From a virus: DNA of 64,000 nucleotides. The stretch is from positions 32,001 to 96,000 of IMG/VR virus record IMGVR_UViG_3300037337_000170. One strand, written 5' to 3'. Below the pieces are notes generated by a model. It saw only the letters and a program-made list of their open reading frames with translations, had not been told where the DNA came from and made no database searches. A program made the translations under genes and the position numbers. Below are positions 36,743 through 47,222 of the stretch, piece by piece (within the stretch, counting starts at the first letter, position 1; each line of letters opens with the position of its first letter).

Positions 36743-37495
36743 ATGGCCATTATCGCATCACGACAAAACTTAAAAGAATACTGCCTAAGGCGCCTAGGCG
36801 CACCATTAGTGCAGATTGACATTACCGATGAGTCAATGGATGATGCTATTGATGACTGCCTGTCCTTTATGCAGGAATATTATTTCGATGGGTCAGATAG
36901 ATTCTTCTATGGTCATCAAGTAACACAACTCGACATTGATAATAAGTATATTACGTTACCGCTCTACATCTGGGGTGTTAATGAGGTATTCAATGTTACC
37001 AACACAAGTGCTTCTCAAATGAGCATTTTCGATGTTGAATATCAAATGAGAGCGTCCGATCAATTTAGGGCTATTAGTACTGGCTCTGGTGGGTTAGTCT
37101 ATTATACCCAGATGATGACTACTCTATCCATGATGAACGAAATTCTTAATGTCAAGAAACAATTCAGATTCAACCGTAATAGTGATAAAATCTATATCGA
37201 CATGAACTGGAATAGTAGGGTAAATATTGGCACATGGATAATGCTTGATTGCTATGCGGTTATTGATCCTAACGAGAACAGTAAGTTCTGGAATAATCAC
37301 GCATTTAAAGAAATTGTTACGGCTAGGTTTAAAATGCAATGGGCTATGGCTTATTCCAAGTTCATGAACATTCAATTACCTGGTGGTGTACAAATTGATG
37401 GACGAGATAGTTATGCTACTGCCAAATCAGAATATGATGAACTAGCTGATGATATTATGAATAATAGTAGCCCAACAGGAATTTATTATGGTTGA
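36743..37495 (+). CDS. gp13: neck protein gp13
   Basis: LKEYCLRRLGAP, EYYFDG, QW...KF..IQLPGGV. Confidence 0.95.
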   Translation: MAIIASRQNLKEYCLRRLGAPLVQIDITDESMDDAIDDCLSFMQEYYFDGSDRFFYGHQVTQLDIDNKYITLPLYIWGVNEVFNVTNTSASQMSIFDVEYQMRASDQFRAISTGSGGLVYYTQMMTTLSMMNEILNVKKQFRFNRNSDKIYIDMNWNSRVNIGTWIMLDCYAVIDPNENSKFWNNHAFKEIVTARFKMQWAMAYSKFMNIQLPGGVQIDGRDSYATAKSEYDELADDIMNNSSPTGIYYG

Positions 37496-37838
37496 CTATT
37501 TTATACATTTTGGTTATCTTCTACTGGCATCATACATTTTTTGGTGTCTTTATATAGCAACTATGGGATGCTATAGGGCGCATCTGGCTGGTCGGTTGGT
37601 TGGGATTACAAAAATTCTAGCCTATCCCTTGGTAATATTTGCGGTCATCGTTGATATTATTTTTCAATATACAGTTGCAACTGTATTATTTTTTGATCTA
37701 CCAAAAGCAAAAGAATATCTTGTTACCGACCGTCTACAAAGATATGTTGCTGGAAAAAACGACTGGCGTCGAAAGATTGCAGTATATATTTGTGATAATT
37801 TATTAGATGTATTTGATCCAACTGGAGATCACTGTTAA
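37488..37838 (+). CDS. membrane protein inserted between gp13 and gp14
   Basis: Two hydrophobic segments; overlaps both neighbours. Confidence 0.7.
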   Translation: MVDYFIHFGYLLLASYIFWCLYIATMGCYRAHLAGRLVGITKILAYPLVIFAVIVDIIFQYTVATVLFFDLPKAKEYLVTDRLQRYVAGKNDWRRKIAVYICDNLLDVFDPTGDHC

Positions 37839-38494
37839 TGGTAACATCACTAAGAATTAATCCCCGTACTTACTCGAATGATAATATGATTCTTTCTCTA
37901 TTGCATGAGGAAGCAATATCCATTCAGTCAATTGATGCATTCTATATCCCACGTACATTAGTTTTTGAGGATAAAATTCTTGGTGAGGATCGGCTAAGCC
38001 AATTCAGAGAAGCGTATCCAATTTTAGCCTATCTTGAAGATGTAGACGGCTATCAGGGGCAGAATTCATTTGCATCAAAGTTTGGTTTACAGATCGACTC
38101 TAATACCACATTAACCATATCGGCTGCTGCGTGGGAACGGTCTGTTGGTCAATTTGGTTCGACTATTTTACCGAATCGCCCGTGCGAGGGAGATTTAGTT
38201 TATCTACCAATGACCAAAGGGTTGTTTAGTATTACATTTGTTAACGACAAGTCGCCTTTCTATCAGTTAGGTCAAAAGTATACATACAAACTCAGTATTG
38301 AATTATTCAACTATTCTAGTGAGAAAATTGAAACTGGTATACCAGAACTTGATGCGATTGAAGCCGAACATACACAAGATACCACTATTAGACCAGATAT
38401 TGATACATTACCACGAGGTGCAGATAATCAAAAGTTTCGTGATCGTGGTGCTACACTAAACTGGAATTCTGGTAATCCATTTGGTGATCTATAA
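37838..38494 (+). CDS. gp14: neck protein gp14
   Basis: YIPRT...D.ILGED, SKFGLQI, RPCEGDLVYLP, PFYQLG, NPFG. Confidence 0.95.
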   Translation: MVTSLRINPRTYSNDNMILSLLHEEAISIQSIDAFYIPRTLVFEDKILGEDRLSQFREAYPILAYLEDVDGYQGQNSFASKFGLQIDSNTTLTISAAAWERSVGQFGSTILPNRPCEGDLVYLPMTKGLFSITFVNDKSPFYQLGQKYTYKLSIELFNYSSEKIETGIPELDAIEAEHTQDTTIRPDIDTLPRGADNQKFRDRGATLNWNSGNPFGDL

Positions 38495-39216
38495 TGCTAG
38501 AACAACCCTTTTATCATGCCACTATTCGGAATACGATTATCTCGTTTGGTAATCTATTCTCGAAGTTAAAATTACAACGCGCTAATGCTGCCGGTGCGAT
38601 TACACAAACTATTGCAGTGCCTATTACATATGGTAACAAGGAAAAGATCTTTGTTCGATTGCGTCAGGAAACCAACTTTGAGAATCAAGTTGCAGTAACC
38701 CTACCGCGTATGGCCTTTGAAATTACTTCTTATTCACACGATCCGTCTAGGTTTCAAAGTAAACTAAATAAGATTACATCCAAGAATCCGGATGGTTCAA
38801 TAAATGGAATGTTTGTTTCCGTTCCTTATAATCTAGGAGTATCTCTATATATTCTAACAAAGGGCTCTGAGGATGGGCTTAATATCATCGAACAGATCCT
38901 GCCAATCTTTATTCCCGAATATATGCTTCCTGTTGTAGGTCTATCAACAATGGGATTGGTTCAGGATGTTCCAGTAATATTGAATTCTGTTTCCTCACAG
39001 TCAGAGTTCGAGGGCGACTTTATGGCCCGCTCATTAACAACACACCAATTAGATTTTACTGTAAAGATTAATCTCTATGGTGGTATCGGTAATGCCAAAG
39101 AGATTACTAGAACCGATGTTGGAGTTAGAGCAAGAATCGATGCTGGGTTAGCCGATATTACACATACTGCGATTGGTGATCCAGATGACAAAACAGTTAC
39201 AGACTTCTGGAACTAA
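38494..39216 (+). CDS. gp15: tail sheath terminator gp15
   Basis: FYHATIR...FGNLF, VPITYG, LPRMAFEI, VPYNL, IIEQILP. Confidence 0.95.
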   Translation: MLEQPFYHATIRNTIISFGNLFSKLKLQRANAAGAITQTIAVPITYGNKEKIFVRLRQETNFENQVAVTLPRMAFEITSYSHDPSRFQSKLNKITSKNPDGSINGMFVSVPYNLGVSLYILTKGSEDGLNIIEQILPIFIPEYMLPVVGLSTMGLVQDVPVILNSVSSQSEFEGDFMARSLTTHQLDFTVKINLYGGIGNAKEITRTDVGVRARIDAGLADITHTAIGDPDDKTVTDFWN

Positions 39217-39218
39217 TA

Positions 39219-39584
39219 ATGGATAATAAAGGTTATAACGGCAATTTATTAATCAAGACCGTTGGTGCACAACAAGACTGGACATTGGATCAAGTTCAAG
39301 AATGGACAAAGTGTAAAGAAGACCCAATATATTTTATCGAAAAATATATTAAGATTGTAACACTAGATTACGGTCTTCAACCAATGAAACTATATCCATT
39401 CCAACGTGATATTATTCTAGGCATCGTTAATAATAATAAGGTCATCGCATGTTGCGCCCGGCAGCTAGGTAAGTGCGTCGATAAAAACACTAAATATACT
39501 GTAAGGAATAAAAAGACTGGTGAAATCAGATCTTTAACCGCACAGGAATTTCATGAGCAAACAAAAAAGACCAACCCAATATAA
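39219..39584 (+). CDS. gp17: terminase large subunit gp17 N-extein (85 aa) fused to split-intein N-fragment (36 aa)
   Basis: YNGN..IK, KCKEDPIYF, LYPFQ, ARQLGK|CVDKNT: Walker A is interrupted by intein block A at 39474. Confidence 0.9.
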   Translation: MDNKGYNGNLLIKTVGAQQDWTLDQVQEWTKCKEDPIYFIEKYIKIVTLDYGLQPMKLYPFQRDIILGIVNNNKVIACCARQLGKCVDKNTKYTVRNKKTGEIRSLTAQEFHEQTKKTNPI

Positions 39585-41046
39585 AGCAATATTAACATGT
39601 ATTCAATGTAAAGTGGATTTTACTGGGCGTGCTGGGTCTAAATTTTGCACCCCAGCATGCAACAATGCTGCAAATGTAGCACGTAATATTGGTGCAGAAA
39701 AAAATTGTATGGTATGTGCCAAAATTTTTACTGGTAGAAAGGGCTCTACATTCTGTTCTGATGTCTGCCGTGATATTTCAAATGATAAAGATAAAACTGA
39801 TAAACGAGCAGCTAAACTTTTCTCTAGATTGTTAGTGGCTCACCCAACGAATATTAAGTCTTGTGATGAATGTAACACAGATTTTTCTCCAACCATTAAA
39901 TTAAAAAAGTGGTGTTCCATTGGGTGTAGAACCATCTCATCTGGAAAAACTCAAAAAAATAAAGCTGATAAAAATCTAAAAATTAAAACCTGTAAAGAAT
40001 GTAACATAGTCTTTAAGGGAAGAAAAGGAAGTAGTTTTTGTTGTAAAATATGTAAAAATAAACATGATCTGAAACAACAACATATTGATGCAGTCGAAAA
40101 GTATCAGAGCGTAGAGGAATATGTAATCTGCCCGGTTTGTTCCTTAAGAATGGGTCAAATTTCCTCAGTGCATATGAAGATTCATGGTATGACAATACCA
40201 GAAATCAAGATATTATATCCAGACCAAAAGCTCTTATCAGTGAATCTTTCAATGGAACTATCTAAGAGAGTTGAGGGAGATAAAAATCCAGGATTTAAGC
40301 ATGGTGGTAGACTATCTCCATTTTCGAGCAAATTTTTAAAATATAATGAATTCAGTAATGTTGAAACAAAGGAAATTGTCGAAAAGCTTTTTGTAAAATC
40401 AATCAATACTAGAAATATTAATGATAATAACAGTACTAGATTGTCTTACTATACAAGTCGTGGGATGTCGGAATTAGATTCTGAGATAGCTTTACATAAC
40501 AGGCAAACAACATTTAGTCTAGAAAAATGTATAAATGACTATGGTGATGAATTAGGTACTTTAATATGGGCTGATAGACAAGCCAATTGGCAAAATACTT
40601 TAAATAGTAAATCCGATGAAGAAAAAGACTTAATAAACTCCAAAAAATCATCGAAGGTTAATTATAGATCGCTGTGGTCTCAAACCCTTGACAGTCAGGG
40701 CTACTTTTATATTATAGAGATATACCCCAATGTTGTTAAAATTGGAGTCACATCAAAGTCGGATATAAGAAAAAGATATAATATTATAGATTTGAAAAAC
40801 ACCAATATATTATTGTTTGAAAAATGTCATAGTATCAATCATGCTTTTCAAATTGAGCAGTTACTTAAACGAAAGAATAAGTTGCTTATAAATAACTCTG
40901 ATTATGGCGCATTTGGTTGGACAGAGGTTTTCAATAACATAGATACAAGCGTCATATTAAATGAGGCTTTAATAATGCTTAATAATCCCGATTCAATAGC
41001 TATTGAGTTTAATAATGTGTTTAAATTAAAAAATGGTTCTATCTGA
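39553..41046 (+). mobile_element. free-standing homing endonuclease gene (zinc-ribbon repeats + GIY-YIG/T5orf172-like domain) inside the split intein
   Basis: Repeated CxxC...FCxxxC units; C-terminal GYFYIIE...KIGVT...RKRY...IEQ...WTEVF; overlaps both terminase halves. Confidence 0.8.
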
Positions 41047-42709
41047 TATAACCAACCGTAAATTTATAGAGAGCTTCGATGTTTCTGAGTGGGAAGTCGA
41101 AACAGATACCGGTTGGGAAGATATATCCTCTAGCAATAAGACAGTTGAATATGAACTTTATGAACTGACTACAGAGTCCGGCAGAATTTTAAAGTGTGCT
41201 GATACCCATATTCTATTTGATAGAACTATGGATGAGATATACGCCAAGGATACATTTGGTATATTGGTTCAAACCAAAACTGGTCTCGATAAGGTAGTTT
41301 CAGTTGTCGCGACAGGCATATATGAAAATATGTATGATCTCTCAGTTAACTCATCTAATCATAGATATTATACTGATGAATTCTTGAGCCATAATACGAC
41401 TGTTATGGCTGCATTCTTCTGTTACTATATACTATTCAATTCAAGTAAGACTTGTGCCATTCTAGCCAACAAAGCATCTTTAGCCAGAGAGATTCTATCT
41501 AGAGTAAAACTAGCATATGAACATATACCGAGATTTTTGCAGCAGGGTATTTCAGAGTGGAATAAATCAAGCATAGAATTAGAAAATGGTAGTAGGATTA
41601 TTGCTTCTGCTACTTCTGGTAGTGCTATTCGTGGGCAGAGTATAAACCTACTTTTCTTGGATGAATTCTCCCATATACCAAGTGGAATAGCAGATGATTT
41701 TTTTGCTTCTGTATATCCGACTATTTCATCGGGTAAAACTTCTAAAATAGCAATAATTAGTACGCCGAATGGTTTAAATAGTTTCTATCGTATGTGGACA
41801 GAAGCCCAGGATAATAGCAACGGGTTTATACCGATCTTTGCTCCATGGAATTCTATTCCGTCCAGAACACAAGAATGGGCAGATGAACAGAAACGTGTAT
41901 TGGGTGATGTTAAGTTCTCACAGGAAATGTCGTGTGACTTTATTGGTTCCTCTAACACACTCATCTCTGGTTCTAAACTTAAGTCTATACCGATTACGCG
42001 CCCAATTCTTTCTAATAGCACCACATCAGTCTACTCTAAACCAGTACCTGGAAATAGTTATGTAGCCGTGGTTGATACCTCTAGAGGAACCGGGGGAGAT
42101 TATTCTGCATTTATCGTCATTGATATAACAACGATTCCCTATAAGGTGGTTCTTAAATATGGAAATAATACTATATCAAGTATGTTATACCCTGGTGTGA
42201 TTCATAGAATTGCAATGGAGTATAATATGGCAACTTTATTCATTGAAACCAATGATATAGGTGAGGCAGTAGCAAACGCCGTCTATTATGATCTGGAATA
42301 TGAGAATGTGATTTTTTCTAATAATGGAATTATTGTTGTCTGGGGTGGTAAAAACTCTCTACCTGGAGTTAGAACCACTACAAAGACCAAACGTATTGGT
42401 TGTGATAATATTAAGCAGTTGATTGAAAAAGATATGCTTATTATTAATGATGCTGAAATACTTATGGAATTAAGTAACTTTGTTGTAAAGGGGAGTTCTT
42501 ATGCCGCAGATACCGGACACGATGATTTGGCAATGTGTTTGGTTATGTTTGGATACATGACATCTTCAGTTAAATTTGAGGAACTTACTGATATATCGGT
42601 GAGGGCTAGAATTATTGAAGAGCGACAGGCCGAAGAAGATGCATCTGCTTTACCTATAGGTTTTTTCTCCAATGGGTTAGAAGAAGATGTTGATGTGTTT
42701 AATTTTTAA
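41033..42709 (+). CDS. gp17: split-intein C-fragment (121 aa) fused to terminase large subunit gp17 C-extein
   Basis: LKCADTHIL (block B), YDLSV (block F), LSHN|T (block G); then AILANK, LFLDEF, ISTPNG, DTSRG.GGDYSAF, HDDLAM. Confidence 0.93.
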   Translation: MVLSDITNRKFIESFDVSEWEVETDTGWEDISSSNKTVEYELYELTTESGRILKCADTHILFDRTMDEIYAKDTFGILVQTKTGLDKVVSVVATGIYENMYDLSVNSSNHRYYTDEFLSHNTTVMAAFFCYYILFNSSKTCAILANKASLAREILSRVKLAYEHIPRFLQQGISEWNKSSIELENGSRIIASATSGSAIRGQSINLLFLDEFSHIPSGIADDFFASVYPTISSGKTSKIAIISTPNGLNSFYRMWTEAQDNSNGFIPIFAPWNSIPSRTQEWADEQKRVLGDVKFSQEMSCDFIGSSNTLISGSKLKSIPITRPILSNSTTSVYSKPVPGNSYVAVVDTSRGTGGDYSAFIVIDITTIPYKVVLKYGNNTISSMLYPGVIHRIAMEYNMATLFIETNDIGEAVANAVYYDLEYENVIFSNNGIIVVWGGKNSLPGVRTTTKTKRIGCDNIKQLIEKDMLIINDAEILMELSNFVVKGSSYAADTGHDDLAMCLVMFGYMTSSVKFEELTDISVRARIIEERQAEEDASALPIGFFSNGLEEDVDVFNF

Positions 42710-42724
42710 TCAAAAAATAATTTG

Positions 42725-42732
42725 TATAAATA
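42725..42732 (+). promoter_or_regulatory. T4 late promoter
   Basis: TATAAATA upstream of gp18. Confidence 0.8.
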
Positions 42733-42802
42733 ATATGCAAACCCAAATATAAATCCTTAGAAACAGTTTCTAAGTATTATTTTATATGAATAAAGGAATA
42801 AA

Positions 42803-45001
42803 ATGTTTTCATTATCACCCTCTGTAACTGTACGTGAAGTAGACCTAACTTCAGTTGTGCCAGCTGCCTCAACTTCTGTAGGTGGTGTAGTAATCGATGC
42901 GGCCTGGGGCCCTGTAATGGATACCACCACTATTGATTCTGAATCAACTCTAGTTCAACGACACGGCAAACCCAATGACTTCAATGCTAGTTCATGGATG
43001 GTTGCTGCCAACTTTTTAGCATATAGTAATAATTGTTTAGTAGTTCGTACAGATACTACCAACCAGCGTAATGCAGTATCAGCTCTATCATTTAGTTTGT
43101 TTTCCGTAGCCCCGGGAACTGCCGGGTTAGGTTATACTTCTACTGGCGCCAATGCGGTGTCAGTTACTGTGGCAGCCCCAGTGCAAGGTATTACTGCGGT
43201 AGTTGAAGCTGTGGTAACAGATGGTGGAATAACCAGCTTTAATATCGTTAACCCTGGTTCTGGATATGATGTAGTTCCAACTATTACTATTAATGACGGT
43301 TCTGGTTCAGGTGCGACCCTTGGCGCAATTGAAGTAATTCAGGGCGGCGTAAAAATTAATAATGAAAGTGATTACGAAAATCTTTACTCAAATGGCGAAG
43401 CTGTAGTTGGAGAGTTTGCAGCCAAGTACCCTGGTGCTCTAGGCAATAGTTTAGCTGTATCTGTCTGTGATGGCGCTAAGGCAGGTCGCGTTACAGGTAT
43501 CGTAGTTCTTACTGCAGGTGATTCATACACCTCAGTTCCAACAGTTACAATTTCTGCTCCAGCAGGATCAGGAACTCAGGCTACAGCTATTGCTGTATTA
43601 TCTGGCAGCACAACTGGGACCGTCACAGGTATCGTTATCACTTCAGCAGGCAGCGGTTATACCAGCGCCCCAGTGGTAAGTTTGGTTGGTGGAACTCCTA
43701 CAACTGTGGCCACCCTTGGGGTTGTTTCAGTTCAAATGGTTAGCCCATTTTCCATCTGGGAATATAACAATTTCTTTGATGGTGCACCAAATACCTCAAC
43801 GTTTGCTTCCTCTAATCAATCTACAAATGACGAATTACACGCGGTAGTAATCGATACAAATGGCCGTTGGTCTGGTGTCGCTGGAACTGTGCTAGAAACC
43901 TTTGCATTTCTTTCAAAAGCTTCTGATGGTAAAAAGGAAGACGGCTCAAACGCATACTATAAAAATGTATTGAATACCCAATCCAAGTATGTCTACTGGA
44001 TGGATCATCCAGTTAATGGTACCAATTGGGGTCAATTAGCCAATTCCGTGAATTTCGGGATCCTCGGTGTTTTTACAAGAACCCTAGCCGGCGGTGTGGA
44101 TCACTTCACCTCTACGGATGGCCAGAAGATTCGTGCATTTGATCTATTCAGTAATGCAGAAACATTAGATGTTAGTCTTCTAATGTGCGGTAAGGCTTCA
44201 GCCACAGTAGCCAATTATGTAGTACAAAATATTGCTGAAACCCGTAAAGATTGTGTGGCATTTATTTCTCCACTCGATCTGTCTGGTAATATTCTTATTG
44301 GTAATACCTCAGACATTGCAGAAAAATTAATTGCTTTCCGTAATGTACTACCATCAAGTTCATATATGGTTATTGATACTGGCTACAAATACCAATACGA
44401 CAAGTACAATGACAAATATCGTTGGGTGCCATTAAACGGGGATATTGCAGGTCTATGTGCTCGTACTGACGAGACCAATGACCCATGGTTCTCTCCAGCA
44501 GGTCTGAATCGTGGCTCTATTAAGAATGTGGTCAAACTTGCATATTCTCCAGTTAAGACTGATCGTGATAATCTATATAAAGCCGGTATTAATCCAGTTG
44601 TTTCATTCCCAGGTCAGGGCGTGGTTCTATATGGTGATAAAACTGGACTAGCTAAGCCAAGTGCATTTGATCGTATCAATGTACGCCGTCTGTTTATTAC
44701 TCTTGAAAAATCAATTGCCACCGCAGCAAAATTTCAACTATTTGAATTCAATGATGCGATTACTCGTGCCAACTTTGTATCAACAGTCACACCATTTCTT
44801 CGTGATGTACAAGGTCGACGGGGCATCTATGAGTTTAGGGTTGTGTGCGATGAGACCAATAATACACCCAACATTATTGACACAAATCAATTCATCGCAA
44901 GTATTTTCATCAAACCAGCTCGCAGTATCAATACAATTGAACTAAACTTCGTGGCGGTTCGTACCGGTGTGAGTTTTGAAGAAATTGCTGGTTCAGTTTA
45001 A
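42803..45001 (+). CDS. gp18: tail sheath protein gp18
   Basis: SPSVTVREVDLT, YDKYNDKYRWVPLNGDIAG, PWFSPAG, FDRINVRRLF. Confidence 0.98.
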   Translation: MFSLSPSVTVREVDLTSVVPAASTSVGGVVIDAAWGPVMDTTTIDSESTLVQRHGKPNDFNASSWMVAANFLAYSNNCLVVRTDTTNQRNAVSALSFSLFSVAPGTAGLGYTSTGANAVSVTVAAPVQGITAVVEAVVTDGGITSFNIVNPGSGYDVVPTITINDGSGSGATLGAIEVIQGGVKINNESDYENLYSNGEAVVGEFAAKYPGALGNSLAVSVCDGAKAGRVTGIVVLTAGDSYTSVPTVTISAPAGSGTQATAIAVLSGSTTGTVTGIVITSAGSGYTSAPVVSLVGGTPTTVATLGVVSVQMVSPFSIWEYNNFFDGAPNTSTFASSNQSTNDELHAVVIDTNGRWSGVAGTVLETFAFLSKASDGKKEDGSNAYYKNVLNTQSKYVYWMDHPVNGTNWGQLANSVNFGILGVFTRTLAGGVDHFTSTDGQKIRAFDLFSNAETLDVSLLMCGKASATVANYVVQNIAETRKDCVAFISPLDLSGNILIGNTSDIAEKLIAFRNVLPSSSYMVIDTGYKYQYDKYNDKYRWVPLNGDIAGLCARTDETNDPWFSPAGLNRGSIKNVVKLAYSPVKTDRDNLYKAGINPVVSFPGQGVVLYGDKTGLAKPSAFDRINVRRLFITLEKSIATAAKFQLFEFNDAITRANFVSTVTPFLRDVQGRRGIYEFRVVCDETNNTPNIIDTNQFIASIFIKPARSINTIELNFVAVRTGVSFEEIAGSV

Positions 45002-45027
45002 AAAGTAGGAAGTATACTTCCTACTTT
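45002..45027. repeat. 26-bp perfect palindrome between gp18 and gp19
   Basis: AAAGTAGGAAGTA|TACTTCCTACTTT. Confidence 0.85.
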
Positions 45028-45051
45028 ACATTTAATAAAAGGTAGAATAAA

Positions 45052-45573
45052 ATGGCAAGAATTTCTGATTTTAAAGCTAATATGTTGGCTGGTGGCGCTC
45101 GATCAAACCAGTTTCAGTGTATTATTACATTCCCAGCAGCTGTTATTGGTGGCTCTCTGGCTTCTAATAAGGTAACATTTATGGCAAAATCTGCATCCAT
45201 TCCAGATAGCACTGTAGCTGATATTGAGGTGATGTATCGAGGACGAGCAGTACACTTTGCTGGTGAAAGGACCTTTCAGCCATGGAATATTACCGTATAT
45301 AATGATAATGATTTTGCATTACGCAATGCATTTGAAACATGGGTAAATATTATTTCTAATGCAGATTCTACCAATGGCCTAATGGCACCATTGGATTATC
45401 AGGTTGATATGGAAGTTCATCAGTTAGATCGATCAGACCTAATTGTTAAAAAGTATAAGTTTGTTGATGCATATCCAACGAATGTCGGCGAAATTCAATT
45501 AAGCTGGGACGCCAACAGTCAACTTCAAGAGTACCCCGTATCCTTCAGCTACAACTATCATCAGCCCGCCTGA
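45052..45573 (+). CDS. gp19: tail tube protein gp19
   Basis: GGARSNQF, AGERTFQPW..TVYND.DF.LR.AFETW, QLDR. Confidence 0.97.
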   Translation: MARISDFKANMLAGGARSNQFQCIITFPAAVIGGSLASNKVTFMAKSASIPDSTVADIEVMYRGRAVHFAGERTFQPWNITVYNDNDFALRNAFETWVNIISNADSTNGLMAPLDYQVDMEVHQLDRSDLIVKKYKFVDAYPTNVGEIQLSWDANSQLQEYPVSFSYNYHQPA

Positions 45574-45581
45574 TATAAATA
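45574..45581 (+). promoter_or_regulatory. T4 late promoter
   Basis: TATAAATA upstream of the portal gene. Confidence 0.75.
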
Positions 45582-45602
45582 ATTTTTTATTGATTTATTA
45601 TT

Positions 45603-47222
45603 ATGGCGTCTTTTTCAGATCTTTTTGGTTTTAGCTTTAAAACCAACAATGAAAAACAAATTCCATCTGTTGTAGCACCAGCTAAAAACGATGGCGCGCT
45701 TGTTCTTGATAATAGTGCAGTAACTGGTGGGTGGACCGGTACGGCATACGATATTGATGGTGTAGTTAAGACTGAAAACGAGCAGATTAGACGATATAGG
45801 GATATTGCAGGTCAACCAGAAGTTGATTCTGCAATATCTGATATTGTTAACGAATGTGTAGTAACTGATCAGGATGATCATCCTGTTAAACTATTTTTAG
45901 ATAATTTAAAAGTAAGTGATGCACTAAAAAAGAAATTCAATGATTGTTTTATTGAAATCTTAAACAAACTTGACTTCAATTTGGAAGGTCATGATATTAT
46001 TAGACAGTGGTATGTAGATGGGCGTATCTACTACCATATTCTCTTTGTCAATAATGATATTTCTAAGGGAATCGCAGAGCTTAGATTAATCGATCCTTTA
46101 AAGATTAAAAAGATCAAAAATATTAAGCGTACAAAAAATAATCGTGGTATAGATATTGTTGATTCTATTGAGGAATACTATATCTATAATGACAAGGGTG
46201 TTACAGAAAATAATATTCAGGGAGTTAAGTTAACTGCCGATTCTGTTGTGATGATTCATTCTGGTTCTATTGATTCTATAAGTGGTAGTGTAATTGGATT
46301 TCTACAGAAGGTTATTAAACCAGCTAACCAACTTCGAATGATCGAAGATGCAGTGGTTATCTATACGATGACACGGGCGCCAGATCGCCGTGTATTTTAT
46401 ATTGATGTAGGTAATCTTCCTAAAGTTAAAGCAGAACAATATGTTACAGACATTATGAATAAGTTTAAAAACAAACTTATCTATAATGCTGCCACGGGCG
46501 AAATTGCAGATTCAAAACGTAATCTATCAATGACTGAGGATTTTTGGCTTGCGCGTAGGGACTCTAAGTCCACTGAAATTACTACGTTACAGGGAAGTCA
46601 ATCTTTAATCCAGTCAGACTTTATCGACTACTTTCAGAATAAATTATATCAATCGCTTAATGTTCCGATTGGTCGCATGAAGCCAGAAACCGGCTTTACA
46701 TTAGGTCGATCATCCGAAGTTACAAGAGATGAACTAAAGTTTAGTAAGTTTGTTGGAAGGCTAAGAATTCGATTCTCTGGTCTTTTCAGTGATCTAATGA
46801 AAATTCAACTCGTATCAAAAGGCCTAATTCGACTCGATGAGTGGGATGATATAAGAGCCAAGATACGATTTGACTTTATTAAGGATAATCACTTTACCGA
46901 GTTAAAGAATGCAGAAATCATTACCAATAGAATGACCACGCTTCAAATGGTTGATCCATTTTTAGGTAAATATGTATCAAAGAAGTGGGTACAGAAGAAT
47001 GTTCTAATGCTTGATGACGAAGAAATTGTCGAGATGGAAAACCAGATTAAAGAAGATGGGCCGATACCTGGCACAGAAGAAATGCCGGCTATTGAACCAC
47101 CCGCTGGCGGTGAAGAAGATCCTGCACAAGATCAAGAAATGGATCAAAGCCAAGAAGCCCACGATCAAAAGATTCGGCAATCCGAAGAATTACACCAACA
47201 GAAACTGAAGGATAAAAAATGA
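45603..47222 (+). CDS. gp20: portal protein gp20
   Basis: WYVDGR, RAPDRRVFYIDVGNLPKVKAEQY, EDFWLARR, RDELKF. Confidence 0.98.
   Translation: MASFSDLFGFSFKTNNEKQIPSVVAPAKNDGALVLDNSAVTGGWTGTAYDIDGVVKTENEQIRRYRDIAGQPEVDSAISDIVNECVVTDQDDHPVKLFLDNLKVSDALKKKFNDCFIEILNKLDFNLEGHDIIRQWYVDGRIYYHILFVNNDISKGIAELRLIDPLKIKKIKNIKRTKNNRGIDIVDSIEEYYIYNDKGVTENNIQGVKLTADSVVMIHSGSIDSISGSVIGFLQKVIKPANQLRMIEDAVVIYTMTRAPDRRVFYIDVGNLPKVKAEQYVTDIMNKFKNKLIYNAATGEIADSKRNLSMTEDFWLARRDSKSTEITTLQGSQSLIQSDFIDYFQNKLYQSLNVPIGRMKPETGFTLGRSSEVTRDELKFSKFVGRLRIRFSGLFSDLMKIQLVSKGLIRLDEWDDIRAKIRFDFIKDNHFTELKNAEIITNRMTTLQMVDPFLGKYVSKKWVQKNVLMLDDEEIVEMENQIKEDGPIPGTEEMPAIEPPAGGEEDPAQDQEMDQSQEAHDQKIRQSEELHQQKLKDKK

Noticed and set aside
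39553-41046. Group I intron interrupting gp17
   Set aside because: The interval is fully coding with overlaps on both sides, leaving no room for a ribozyme core; the intein motifs explain the split.
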